Source: Octopus sinensis (lineage: Eukaryota). From it: 64,000 nucleotides of DNA. Made by a program: the position numbers and the translations under genes. The stretch covers positions 50,542,464 to 50,606,463 of the forward strand of contig NC_043011.1 in NCBI RefSeq assembly GCF_006345805.1. Reading direction: 5' to 3'. Under the pieces are notes generated by a model. That model worked only from the letters and a program-made list of their open reading frames with translations. It was not told the DNA's origin and made no database searches. Positions 12,857 through 26,271 of this stretch are shown here, one piece after another (positions within the stretch are counted from its first letter, which is position 1; the number at the start of each line of letters is the position of its first letter).

Positions 12857-12889
12857 AAGTATTCACGATAATTTATCATTTTCTTTCAG

Positions 12890-12913
12890 GGTGGCTCTGG
12901 CAACACATTTGGT
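12890..12913 (+). CDS. Gene B micro-exon 4 (24 nt): GGSGNTFG
   Basis: Acceptor ttctttcag|, donor |gtaagc, identical to copy A. Confidence 0.82.
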
Positions 12914-13760
12914 GTAAGCAAAACATTACTACCGCTGAATATTCAGTATATGACTACAACTGCATCAATTTGAAGGACTTTTTAAAATTTATTATAATAC
13001 GGATGAAACATTTCTTTAGTGCAAACAGCTGTCTTTTTGCTATTAGTGATCTAGTGTGGTAAACCTTTTTTTCAATATCGCTTCAAAGACAGAAACATAA
13101 CCATAAAACATAATGCAAAACCTCTGGAACATAAACAGATTGTTTTTCATATAGTATTATACAGTGTAATTTCCCTATTATTTAATTGCAACAGATCAAA
13201 GGAGAATATTGAAAAGTCAAATTATTAACGTCCTAACTGGAATAGGAGTGTTCATAGTAATAAAACATGCGCTATATATGTAATACATATTCCGTGTCTG
13301 GTCTAAGGGAAGTTGTAGAAAATTGCATTATGAAACCGTATAGTTACAATAACATTATGGATAGTGTAACTTATGTTATACACGGAATATCGCGTTTTGC
13401 ATAAGAATATCAGTTAAAGGAATGATGTGCTACATTTATAATACGGATACGCTAGAGTTATTCCTTGCAGTAATATTTTGAATGTACTTTAGTAAAATAT
13501 GATTGATTTTAATAAGAAATATGATATAATTGTGATGGCATTACATAGCCATCTCAAATAAAATTCTATCGAATAAATTTTCAATGACGATGCTGAGGGA
13601 CTTACTAATATATTTTATGCTCACAGCACCCTAAAAAACATAGGCAAATTGTATACTAATGGAAATGCAATTAGTAGCAGACTAAACTCGCTTACCTAGA
13701 TCACTATAAATGTTTGTCGATATAAAACTTTGAATAACCAGACTTTTCTGTCATTTACAG

Positions 13761-13820
13761 GTTAGGAGCCAGTCACTATTCGCAATTGCTGTTATAAATC
13801 AATTACTCGCATATATATAA
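13761..13820 (+). CDS. Gene B terminal coding exon 5: VRSQSLFAIAVINQLLAYI*
   Basis: Acceptor cttttctgtcatttacag|, TAA stop, AATAAA at 14123. Spliced CDS 37+97+97+24+60=315 nt = 104 aa plus stop. Confidence 0.82.
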   Translation, partial: VRSQSLFAIAVINQLLAYI

Positions 13821-16073
13821 GTATATATTATGTCACTACAAGTATGTATGAGTATTATTTTGAAGACGTTTTTTAATGTGATGAGTTATAAAAGTGAATT
13901 CCTAATATTGCAAGAGATCAGCTCTACTACACACATATCTACAACTCTATCTGTGACATTGAAGATAATTTCTAATGTTCTACACTGTATGCTGTAAATT
14001 TTGATTAAAATAACTATAAGATTTCATCGATTTTTACTATGATAACTCGTGTTATTTTCATATCGTTTTAAACGTAACATTCGAAATATTCACCCCGGAC
14101 GACAATGGTGCCACACCAACAGAATAAATAGCATTAAGAGAAGGATAAATTGTTGTACGTTTCATTTTAAGCCACAGATTCTGCATTAAACAAAAAGTAA
14201 CATTATCGTAACGTAAACTAGAATCTGACAAACACAGTACAATAACTAGACCTATACGACATATTATGACCCATACCTAAATAACAGCTAAAGACAATGA
14301 GAAGTTCTGCATCTAATTCCAATACAGACTTCTGAGAGCATAAATAATACGGAATATTCATGAAACTTTACACCGGGTTTTGGGAAATATTTCAATATGA
14401 CTTTAATAACAATTTCCTCATATAAGCCGTTATGTATGTTTGTTGTGTGGACGCTCCCAGACGATGAAGTAGGCTAGCCCAATACGTAGATATATAGGGA
14501 GATGTCTAGAAGTCGGGAGTTGAGTAGAGGTCATCGGAACGTGTTATATAACAATATTCCTATGACAGTAGTATTTAAAAGATCTTACAAAGCAAATCTA
14601 GAATGAAAACAATGTGATTCAAAATTAGCCAATCGAAAAATCATATCTTTCTGAGTTTCATCCAACCTTTTTGCTACCGTTTATGTTTATGAAATAAGTA
14701 CTAAATTCGTTATAGCAACGGAAAAGCAAATTCTCATAGGAAACTATTTAGCAGCACGGCTACTTACCTCGGCCTAAAGCAGTTTTGAGCTAACTACGCC
14801 CCGCGGCAGCTCTTAAATGGCAGGCATACTTCACAAAAATTGCCTGGTATCTTTTGAATAATTCTGTCTACATGATGATATGCCATGTCTTATAGCATCA
14901 GCTTCTAGGAAAATGTTTCCTTTGCTCGGTTTAAAACCTGTAAATCAAATATGATTAACTATTTAAGTCTAAACTCACAACCATGCGTATATGTATGAAT
15001 GTATGTGTGTATGTTATATGTTTGTATTATTTACGCCATTTTTGTTTGGTACCAACATGAATACACACACCCACATATAAAGACGTGTATGTATTTATAT
15101 ATATGTGTTTGTATACATATATATGAATGTATGTATATACGTACATATAATATATATATATATATCCTTATATATGTATGTGTATATATATACAACATAT
15201 ATATATCCTTATATATGTATGTATATATATATATATACAACATATATATATCCTTATATACATATGTATATATATATATATATATATATTATATTATATT
15301 ATATTATATTATAGTATATTATATTATATTATATTGTAGTATATCATATATATCTTAGTTTTTATCACCGTAAACAGGAAGTTTATTCAGCTATATTTTA
15401 GGTCAGAGAAAGACGAGTAAACCACTAGAAAGCTACAAAGCGTAATGGATACGCAAGGATATGAGTGGAGGAATGTCATAGAAAAGGTGGCCGAGCAAAA
15501 GCGAAAGAGTAAGAGAATCAAGAACTAGAGAGAAAGGCAAAAATAAATGGCGGAATGAATTAGGAAACAGAATGGAGAATGGGATTACAATGTCATGCAG
15601 TGAATAGCCGTTGTCCTAACGACAGGGAAGGTTATTTGCCGTAATTTTAAGAACTCCGGAAGAAAAATTACAAAGCTGAGAAAATATAGCAGAATAATAT
15701 TGCTAATGCAAGGGAATTTGAGACTCGTGAGCAAGCAACACGCAGGCTACAAATTGAAGAAAGAAGTTTTACTAATGCAAAGTCATTTCAAACAAAGGGT
15801 GAAGAAAGGGCTTTAATGGCTGCTTTGAAAACAAACAAAACAATATCGGAAGACTATTCCGCATTATAAGACAATTTGTGAATTTGAACAACCGAATATA
15901 GAGACTAGTTATATTAGCAAGATGGCTGCCAGTGATGCAAGATGGCGGCTTGATATTGAAAATATGGTGAAAGATATGGCTCAAAAGGAAAATTTTAAAC
16001 TTTGATTTATGCTGTAGTAATGTTGCTATCATTATCGTTGTTGTTGGTGTTGTTGTTGTTGGTGGTGGTCGTG

Positions 16074-16120
<47 letters not shown>

Positions 16121-16329
16121 GTTGTTTTTGTTGTTGATATTCAAGTTGTTGATGATAATGTTGGTGGTGATGCTGCTGCTGCTGCTTATGATGATGAGGA
16201 TGATGAGTATGATGAGGATGATGATGAGGATGAAGAAGATGATGATGATGTAGCAGTTGTCATTATGGATAATAATGTTGATGTTTGCATTGTTGATGAT
16301 GTTGTTTTGTCGTTATTATTATTGTTATT

Positions 16330-16770
16330 GTTAAGGAGGCGAGGTGTCAGAATCGTCAGCATAATGAGCAATATGCTAAACAGCATTTCGTCCGTCTTCA
16401 TCATGTCCTGGGTTCAAATTCCGTCGAGGTCAACATCAGCTTTCATCCTTTCGGGGTCGATAAATTAAGTGCCAGTGAAACGCTGGGGTCGAAGTAATCG
16501 ACTAATTCCCTAAGGCCTTGTGTCTTTCATAGAAAGGATTATTATTGTTATTGTTAAGGTGGCGAGCAGGCAAAATCCTTAAGCACAACGAGAAAAATTC
16601 TAAGCGGCATTTCGTCCGTCTTCACGTTCTGAGTTCAAATTCCGCCGAGGTCAACTTTGCTTTTCATCCTTTCGGATCGATAAAATAAGTACCAGTATAG
16701 CACCGAGAGTATATGTAATCGATTTGCCACCTCCCACGAAATTGCTGGCTTTGGGCCTTTCATTCTTCGG
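16330..16770 (+). mobile_element. Two adjacent tRNA-derived SINE copies
   Basis: Both carry gttcaaattccg.cgaggtcaac..gctttcatcctttcgg..tcgataaa; same family at 45950, 46305, 49440 and 41740. Confidence 0.8.
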
Positions 16771-16894
16771 GGTCGACAAAATGAGAACCAGCTGAGGACC
16801 AGGGACGCTGAAATCGACTACCTCCTCCTCTCTACCGCCTAATTTAATAAAAATAATTATTGTTATTGCCATTTTTACTGTTGTTGCTGTTGCC

Positions 16895-17010
16895 TTCTTC
16901 TTCTTCTTCTTCTTCTTCTTCTTCTTCTTCTTCTTCTTCTTCTTCTTCTTCTTCTTCTTCTTCTTCTTCTTCTTCTTCTTCTTCTTCTTCTTCTTCTTCT
17001 TCTCTTTCTT
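16895..17010. repeat. (CTT)n microsatellite
   Basis: Direct reading; source of the poly-K ORF 16651..17028. Confidence 0.95.
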
Positions 17011-18169
17011 CTTCCAATCAAGGCTCACGCCATTAGCTACAAAGGATAATCTCTAATTCGAGCCTACTCTAAGCTACTAAGAATGCGTGTGGCAACTTGA
17101 AGATCCACCCACCACACGCGATAGACTGGCGGTTGCACGGGCGCGAAAGCTACGTTGTTATCCTCATTCCGTAAACGGTGGCTTTTAATGGGTGGAGAGC
17201 TGAACCATCCTGGGGTACAGAGGATTTGCAATTTAGACTAGGGTCTGAAAGTTTACCGCACCATAGTGGGTTACACCATGGTTCCTCTGCTTTGTGGCAG
17301 AAGTAGGAAGAAAGAGTGAGAGAAAGTTGTGATGAAAGAGTACAGCGGGGTTCACCACCTCCACCCCCGCCGGAGCCACGTGGAGCTTAGGTGTTTTTAC
17401 TCAATAAACACTCACAATGCTCGGTCAGGGAATCGAAACCGCGTTCTTACGACCGGGCCATTGCGCATCCACTGTTGCTGTTGTTGTAGCCGTTGTTGTT
17501 CTTATTCTTGTTGATCCTTCCGACAATATTCTATCATATATTAAGAAACATAGCGAACTCTGGATACAAAAACAACGAATTCTCAATTTTTCAAGATGGC
17601 GGGTTGGATTGTGAGTGATTTGACTGCTGTTTCTAATAGATCTAAAGACATCAGTTCAAAGTCGTAACCTTGTCAACACTTTTTTTGTTGCTGCTGTTGC
17701 TGTTACCGTTGTTGGTGAGTCTCCTGTTGCTATCATTGTCAATGATGTAATGACTACATTCATTTCACTTATTTAACAGAGCAGAACCTCTAATATAGAA
17801 ATAATGGAACATAAAGCTATTAGAATTCCAAGAGACAAACGCTGATTTCTCAAGGCAACAACCAATACTGTAATGGAAAATATGGAATGGTTTCAGCAGA
17901 GATTCCATAATCTAATGAAATAATCGCCACCCTACCTTCTCCCCAAGCATTAGATTTTTTTCATTTACCTGTTTTTTTTTCTTTTTTGGTTGATGTCATC
18001 CATGATCAAATGGACACAAAGCGGAATATCATAAAAGCTATTTTAGCCAATGACAATCCTGTATTGTTTACAAGTTTCTGTATATCTCGAATTATATTAT
18101 CTAATATTGAATACTAATACATACGCGCTCGCACACACGCGCACACACACATACATACACACAAATATA

Positions 18170-18331
<162 letters not shown>

Positions 18332-18389
18332 GGGTGTACTTGAAAATGTATAGACACTTTAACCGTTACTTTAACTGTTGATTATTCAA

Positions 18390-18905
18390 TTGTCTTAGAA
18401 AAAATTAAAGGAGTCAGACAAAACTTTGAACGATGGAAACTTGTCCTAAAGCGCAACTGCAAGTTTGAATATACTGTCGAAGTGCAAAGATAGTTTAAGA
18501 GGGAATTTCAAACAGATCCACCTACACGACTTAACATCACCGGAACTAAAATTTGATATAAGTTTGAGGCAGACGGAACTGCTTGCAATGTCCACACGTA
18601 ACGTTCCGGAAGACCGCGGACATCGACGAACCCCATAAAGCAAGAAAGTGTACAAGACGCGTATTGCCAGAGTTGTAAAACATCTGTTGTGCGGCAACCG
18701 AGTTGTGAGATAGGAATTTCAAATTCAAACGTCCATCAAAATTTGAATTGCTGTCATTGAAGAGCCACATTCGAAGAATACTTGATCCTCTGAACGAAAA
18801 AAAAAAACCGATTGAAGAGTGGAGTTTTTCTTAGTATTTGTCAAGATGTGCAGAAGTTTCATACTTTCCAACAAAGTTTGTTTGGAGTGACAAAGTTACA
18901 TTTAA
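18390..18905 (+). mobile_element. Tc1/mariner (DUF4817-type N-terminus) transposase remnant
   Basis: Frame-broken VEVQR*FKREFQTDPPTRL...KFEADGT...RSGRPRTS...IGISNSNVHQ, typical of the HTH region of this group. Confidence 0.7.
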
Positions 18906-19115
18906 ATACTTTTCTATTCTAGGCACAAGGACTGAAATGTTTGGGGAGGGGGCCAGTCGATGAGATCGACCCCAGTACGCAAACTCAATGAAAAAGTTTG
19001 TAATGAGTTTTAAATTACGAAAAACAATTAATTTCAGGCATGAATAAGGCTGACAACAAACCTACTGCATGTTGTTTTCAAATATAATATTGATGTAAAT
19101 TCTAAACCATCCTAT

Positions 19116-19496
19116 GGAAGCACTCCGTCGGTTACGACGATGAGAGTTCCGGTTGATCCGACTAACGGAACAGCCTGCTTGTGAAATTACCGTGTAAGTG
19201 GCTGAGCACTCCACAGACACGTGTACCCTTAACGTACTTCTCGGGGATATTCAGCGTGACACAGAGAGTGACAAGGCCGGCCCTTTGAAGTACAGGTACA
19301 ACAGAAACAGGAAGAAAGAATGAGAGAAAGTTGTGGTGAAAGAGTACAGCAGGGATCACCACCATGCCCTGCCGGAGCCTCGTGGAGTTTTAGGTGTTTT
19401 CGCTCAATAAACACTCACAACGCCCGGTCTGGGAATCGAAACCGCGATCCTACGACCGCGAATCCGCTGCCCTAACCACTGGGCCATTGGGCCTCC
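19116..19496 (-). mobile_element. Full-length tRNA-derived SINE with 12-bp TSD
   Basis: A/B-box head at the right end; TSD aaaccatcctat at 19104-19115 and 19497-19508. Confidence 0.92.
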
Positions 19497-19796
19497 AAAC
19501 CATCCTATATTGATTGAAGGAATCGTATGAAAGGTGTAAAAGATACAAATCTTAAGAAGATAGTGACGAGTGTGGAGTCTGTTTCTTAATGATCCTGTGC
19601 TAACAATACCCGTCCTTATAGAAATTTAAAATGATTCAATCAAGTTAGTTTGGCATCCCAAATTTCGAAACTAGTAACGGGTCTATAATCACGTTTTATA
19701 AATCGCCAAGATAATAAAATAGAAATGGTGGAGCAGGTTACACAGCAATTAAGCAAATAAAACCATTCAGAAAGAAGTTACATTACTTAATTTGTG

Positions 19797-20198
19797 GCAG
19801 GAGTGGCTGTGTGGTAAGTAGCTTGTTTACCAACCGCATGGTTCCGGGTTCAGTCCCACTGCGTGGCATCTTGGGCAAGTGTCTTCTACTATAGCCTCGG
19901 GCCGACCAAAGCCTTGTGAGTGGATTTGGTAGACGGAAACTGAAAGAAGCCCGTCGTATATATGTATATATATATATATATATATGTGTGTTTGTCCCCC
20001 TAGCATTGCTTGACAACCGATGCTGGTATGTTTATGTCCCCGTTACTTAGCGGTTCGGCAAAAGAGACCGATAGAATAAGTACTGGGCTTACAAAAGAAT
20101 AAGTCCCGGGGTCGATTTGCTCGACTATAAAGGCGGTGCTGCAGCATGGCCGCAGTCAAATGACTGAAACAAGTAAAAGAGTAAAGAGTAAAAGAGTA
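19797..20198 (+). mobile_element. Full-length tRNA-derived SINE with (AAAGAGT)n tail
   Basis: Head tggctgtgtggtaag...ggttcagtccc, body cttgggcaagtgtcttc, tail tgactgaaacaagtaaaagagta. Confidence 0.92.
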
Positions 20199-20393
20199 AT
20201 TAAGTGTTAATGGCTTTTAATGTACAAGAAGAATGTAACCAGGTTCTATGGGTGGCATAACCCAGGAACACCAAAGTTTTTAAGAGGCGAAACTTCACAA
20301 TTGGTCATAAATTAAATAAAGAACGTTTAACGATGTGTGCTTTATGAATGCCAATGCACCTTTTAAAGTTAGTGGTAGTGAGATAGAAAGATC

Positions 20394-20695
20394 GTGGAGG
20401 CACATGGCATAGTGGTTAAAGCAGTGGACTCGCGGTCGAGGGATCGAGGGTTCGAATCTCAGACCGGGCGATGTGTGTGTTTATGAGCGAAACACCTAAG
20501 CTCCGCACGGCTCCGGCAGAACGTAATGGCGAACTGCTGCTGACTCTTTCGCCACAGCTTTCTTTCACTCTTTCCTCCTGCATCTCGCAGCTCACTTGCG
20601 ACGGACCAGTGTCCCGTCCTGGTGGGGAACCTATACGCCAAGGAAACCGGGGAAACCGGCCCTTATGAGCCAGGCGTGGCTCGAGAAGGAACAAG
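20394..20695 (+). mobile_element. tRNA-derived SINE with alternative 3' end
   Basis: Head ggcatagtggttaaagcagtggactc...ggttcgaatctc; its 3' end recurs inverted at about 46100-46175. Confidence 0.85.
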
Positions 20696-21860
20696 CATAA
20701 AAAAAGATAGAGAGATCAAAACGTTTGTGAGTTTTAAAAGACACAATGGACCAGCTACCAATTCTTCGCTAACAACCAAACAAATAAGCGTTCAATATGT
20801 GTGTTTTTCAAGCATTTCATTCCTGCAGTACGGGAATAGAACAACGATATTCTCTACATTTCCGCAGATCATGTAAAAGTGCTATCATACTTAAAGACGT
20901 TCCTTCTCAACCAGGTGGTCACCAACTTGTCGAAAATTATAGTATAAAAAAAATTATGTGTTCTTGCTGTGTGATGTTAACTCCACAATCCAGATAATGA
21001 ATTATAACTCAGAAAGTAGTTGAATAAAGTTCTCGTAGTGATCGAGGGGGGGGCATCTTAGGGTAGAAACCGTGGACAAAAAACTTTTAGTAAGATCAAG
21101 AAAGACAACTTTCAGCCTGCAAATGTTGATTTACAAACTTCAAGGAAGACACTAATGCTTTAGAGAAATGCCTGTACACTACCTGGGTACTATATGGACA
21201 TAAAATAGCCTAATCAAGTACATACGTTTTTTTCTTTCCAAGCGTTGGCTACACTGGCTTTTTATAAAAACTGGTCCATGACCAGTTTTTATAAAGAATC
21301 GACGTAAGGGATTTTCATTGTATAATTCATAGGAAACAAAGCAAAGGACATCTATTTATAACTACATTTTGTACATTGTCCTTATCGAAAAGAAACACAA
21401 GTCCATAAGCTAATTTTCTGAAGAGAATTGCACAGAAAACAGGAAATTTCATGACAAAAGATTTATGAAAGCAAAATATATAATCAACTTTCATCACAAA
21501 CACACATGTAAAAAACAAAATATGAAAAAACATAAAAGTTACCGGTTGAGTTAATGGCCAAGCAACTTTCAAGCCAGGAATGATGAATTTATCAGCTATG
21601 GCAGTATTTCAATTAAAAATGGTACCACTGGCAAAGCGCACCGTCAATAAGCTGCTACAATTTTTTCATTGACATGACGATGCTGACGACGTCTTGAAAC
21701 ATTACGAGACTTATTGATCCAATCTAAGCAAAGTTATTGAACCAAGCTAAACAAAACAAACTAATAAGGAAATATGAAAAGATTTTAATGAGGACGATTA
21801 AAGTCGAACATGATTATGTTTCCTATGTAAATTTGAAAGAAAAACAACTGCACCTTTAAG

Positions 21861-21901
<41 letters not shown>

Positions 21902-21925
21902 CATATATATATATATATATGTATG

Positions 21926-21964
<39 letters not shown>

Positions 21965-22053
21965 ATATACAATATATATATATATATATATATACATATA
22001 TACATATTTATATATATATATATATATTTATAAATATATGTATATACATATAC

Positions 22054-22086
<33 letters not shown>

Positions 22087-22782
22087 CGTGTGTGTGTGTG
22101 TGTGTATGCATGTATACATATACTTATACGTACGTCTGCATAAGTTAGTATGAATATATATTTTATACATGTATACACATGTATACATATATATGTATGG
22201 ATATATGCATGGTGGTATACATGATGTAGTGGATGGATATATATATAGAGAGAGAGAGAGAGAGAAAGAAAGAGAAGGAGAGAGAGAGGAAGAGAAAGAG
22301 AGGTGAATGTGTGTATGCGTGTATATATGCTTATATATATATATGTGTGTGTTTGTCAGTGTGAGCTTATCAATGTGTGTGGGGGGTGCATGCGTGTGTG
22401 TTTCTGTAAGTATATGTTTGGTGGCACAAATATTACGTACATAGAAACACAAGTATGCGTTACCGGGAAGTAAAAGAATATTACGTAAAGCATTGCTACA
22501 AAAACTCATTTAAAACACCATTTTATCAGTCGGATGAATTTAATAGACATCCAACTAATTACCCATTTATCGTGACATTATTCACTTCAAAAAGAATGCT
22601 TTAAATGTACGTACTTTGGTTCATTCATAAATGCATATAAATATACATATACATATATATATATACAAAGGGAGTGAGAGACAGAGACACAGAGAGACAG
22701 ATAGAGAGAGAGAGATGGAGAGACAAACAGACAACTAGACAGAGAGACAGACATACAGACAGACAGGCAGATAGATAGATAC

Positions 22783-22845
<63 letters not shown>

Positions 22846-22895
22846 GATAGAGAGATAGAGAGAGAGATAATGTGTATATATATATATGTATAAAT

Positions 22896-22948
<53 letters not shown>

Positions 22949-22954
22949 ATATAT

Positions 22955-22997
<43 letters not shown>

Positions 22998-23005
22998 ATA
23001 TAATA

Positions 23006-23114
<109 letters not shown>

Positions 23115-24133
23115 ATATATATATAATATATATATATACATACATACATACATACATACATACTACATACATACATACATACATACATACATGCACGTAT
23201 AAATGTATATATATATACATATATATATCTTCGAGCGAAGTGTTAACCACAAACTGACTTAGATAGTATTTTCGTTTAGAAATCTAATTGATTTAATTAG
23301 ATATATTATTTTTATCACATGAAAATAATTTACCTTTAATTAACATTAATTATGGCATTGAAATAATTCCTGATTGTTCTGTAGACGTAATACACACGCG
23401 TGAATTTCACAAGCATGGCTTTGTACGTATGAGTATATATATATATATATATATATTTGTATGTGTGTGCGAGTGTCTGAGTTGGTGTGGTTGTCTCCTG
23501 CGTGTGTGTGCGTGTCTGTGTCTGAGTGCATATAAACCCACATTTATGCTATTATGTATATATATATATGCATGTATGTATGTATATACACTTAACGCAA
23601 ATACATATAAACATACATGTACATGCATACATATACAGGCATACATATGTGTACAATACACACAATCTTACATATTACGTATTAACGAATGCAGTCTTTA
23701 TAATAAATATGCATACTGTAACATATATATAGAGAGTGAGAAGGATTATACACACACATGTATCTACATATTCTTTTAGACTTCCACACACAGACATCCA
23801 CACGCACACATACACACACAGACACATACACATACGCACACACGCACGCACACGCACATACATACACACAAACACACAAACGCACACATGCACATATATC
23901 TTAAGTAATGCTTTCTTATATGAACCAAAACTGCGTACGCAGTGACATTGTAGATGAAATATGAACACAGTAGTATAGTCCGTTTGTGAATATACATCGA
24001 AAATTCATGCTTCCTGTTTCGTCAATGCTATTCGAAAAATAAGAAAGCGAAGAATATGAAAGCCTGTGGGTAAGTGAAAAGCTCTCTACGTTTATACTAG
24101 TTCCTATATAGGGAACGGATAGACAGACAGGCT

Positions 24134-24218
<85 letters not shown>

Positions 24219-24278
24219 ATAGGTAGGTAGATAGATAAATAAATAGATAAATAAATAAATAGGTAGGTAGATAGATAG

Positions 24279-24393
<115 letters not shown>

Positions 24394-24604
24394 AAGATAG
24401 ATAGATATGCTATAATATATAAAACACATACTAACAGACACATAAAGATATATATATGTAATGTACATATATGCACATATATAATATAGACATAATTATA
24501 TACTGTTATAGGTATGCAGTCATATTACATATACAGGTGTATGTATTAATACGTGTTTATATCTACGTATCTTTCTATCATTGTAATTTCTCTCTCTCTC
24601 TCCC

Positions 24605-24656
<52 letters not shown>

Positions 24657-24934
24657 GTTTCTATGAATATATTAATATCATTCCCTCCACTCTCATTGAG
24701 TTCTACCACGTAGAAATTTGTACAGAGGTATGATTTAATTAATATTAATTTTTAGCTCTCACGTGAATCTCAATGTACGAAATAAAATGTGTTTCATTCT
24801 ACATCGTTCTACAGAAACACCCGCTAAATTTTTGTTTTTGCGAACCTCTTCTGCTTTCTACGGTCTGACAGATTAACCTTATGGAGTTACCGGAACCATT
24901 CATATCCGAGGGTTACTAAAATGTTCTCGGCTTT

Positions 24935-25120
24935 GAGGGTGTCGGGAAAGACCTGACTGGAGGCCCAAACTTCCGAGTTCTTTTACAGCACTTAGAAAAA
25001 CTGAAGGACCGCTGCACCAAATGTGTGAATCTGAGAGGGGAATACGTTGGAAAACATAATGATTAACTAATCCTCTTGTATTTTCTTTTACCCAAAGCTG
25101 GGAACTTTTCAGCACCCCCC
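24935..25120 (+). mobile_element. Mariner 3' end fragment
   Basis: WLEAQTSEFF...LEKLKDRCTKCVNLRGEYV followed by a TIR-like ggaacttttcagcaccc. Confidence 0.7.
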
Positions 25121-25324
25121 CCCCTTGAATCGTCGGGAACTACTCTAATCACAAATTGCACGTTTCTTAAAGTAGCTTGACAAAGTAACTTTCTAAAATA
25201 CATATTGAAGTCATTCTAGCCACATTAGCGTTCTCATATATATTTACATGCCTCGAAATTACCATATTTATAACTCGCTTTGTTCTTTGAGTTCTCTTAT
25301 ATCTAACGCTGTATATCTAACGCT

Positions 25325-25820
25325 CTTGTGGGGGCGCAATGGCCCAGTGGTTAGGGCAGCGGACTCGCGGTCGTAGGACCTTGGTTTCGATTCCCAGATC
25401 GGACATTGTGAGTGTACATTGAGCCAAAACACCTAAAGCTCCACGAGGCTCCGACAGGGGATGGTGGTGAACCCTGCTGTACTCTTTCACCACAACTTTC
25501 TCTCTCTCTCTTTCTTCCTGTTTCTTTTGTACCTGTATTTCAAAGGACCAGCCTTGTCGTACTCTGTGTCACACTGAATCTCCCCGAGAACTACGTTAAG
25601 GGTACACATGTCAGTGGAGTGCTCTGCCACTTGCACGTTAATAAATGAGCTGTATCGGCCTTTGCCTTTCCCTTGAATAACATCAGTGGCGTGAAGAGGG
25701 GAGGCTGGTATGCGTGGGCGACAGCTGGTCTTCTATAAACAACCTTGCCCAGACTTGTACTTCAGAGGGTAACTTTCTAGGTGCAATCCCATGGTCATTC
25801 ATGACCGAAGGAGGTCACAG
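25325..25820 (+). mobile_element. Chimeric SINE (5' part of one family joined to 3' part of another)
   Basis: 25325-25640 matches the 19116 family, 25645-25815 matches the 39072 family; flanked by an imperfect 25/26-bp direct repeat. Confidence 0.8.
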
Positions 25821-25849
25821 TATCTAACACTGTTATATCTAACGCTTAT

Positions 25850-26165
25850 ATCCGAACATGAATGGGCTCCTGGGCCAAACAGGAGCTTATACATGTTCAG
25901 ATTAGACAAAGGAAAAGGAGATGGATCGGGGACACACTGCAGAAAAACCCTCAAATGTGACATGACAAGCACTTGACTGGAACCCGTAGGGGAAAAGGAA
26001 GCGAGGACGCCCGAAGCAGACATGGAAGCGGAGCATTTTGGATGAGCTCAGGACCACCGGCCTGACATGGGAAGCAGCCAAGAAACACGCCAATGACTGC
26101 AAAAAGTGAAAAACAACTGTTGAGGCCCTATGCTCCACAAGGGGCAAAAGGGATTAAGTAGAAGA
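25850..26165 (+). mobile_element. RTE-clade LINE 3' end
   Basis: QIRQRKRRWIGHTL...ALDWNP*GKRKRGRPKQTWKRSILDEL...VEALCSTRG. Confidence 0.88.
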
Positions 26166-26232
26166 ATATCTAACGCATGAAACATACATACAGGTATTCA
26201 TATTTTAAAAACAGTGACACCTGTGTGTATGC

Positions 26233-26271
<39 letters not shown>

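Larger units (their letters stand above)
10091..14288 (+). repeat. Tandem segmental duplication, copy B
   Basis: Colinear with 1-5828; lacks the Tx1 insert and the 4568-5133 segment; carries a solo LTR at 12308-12856. Confidence 0.95.
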
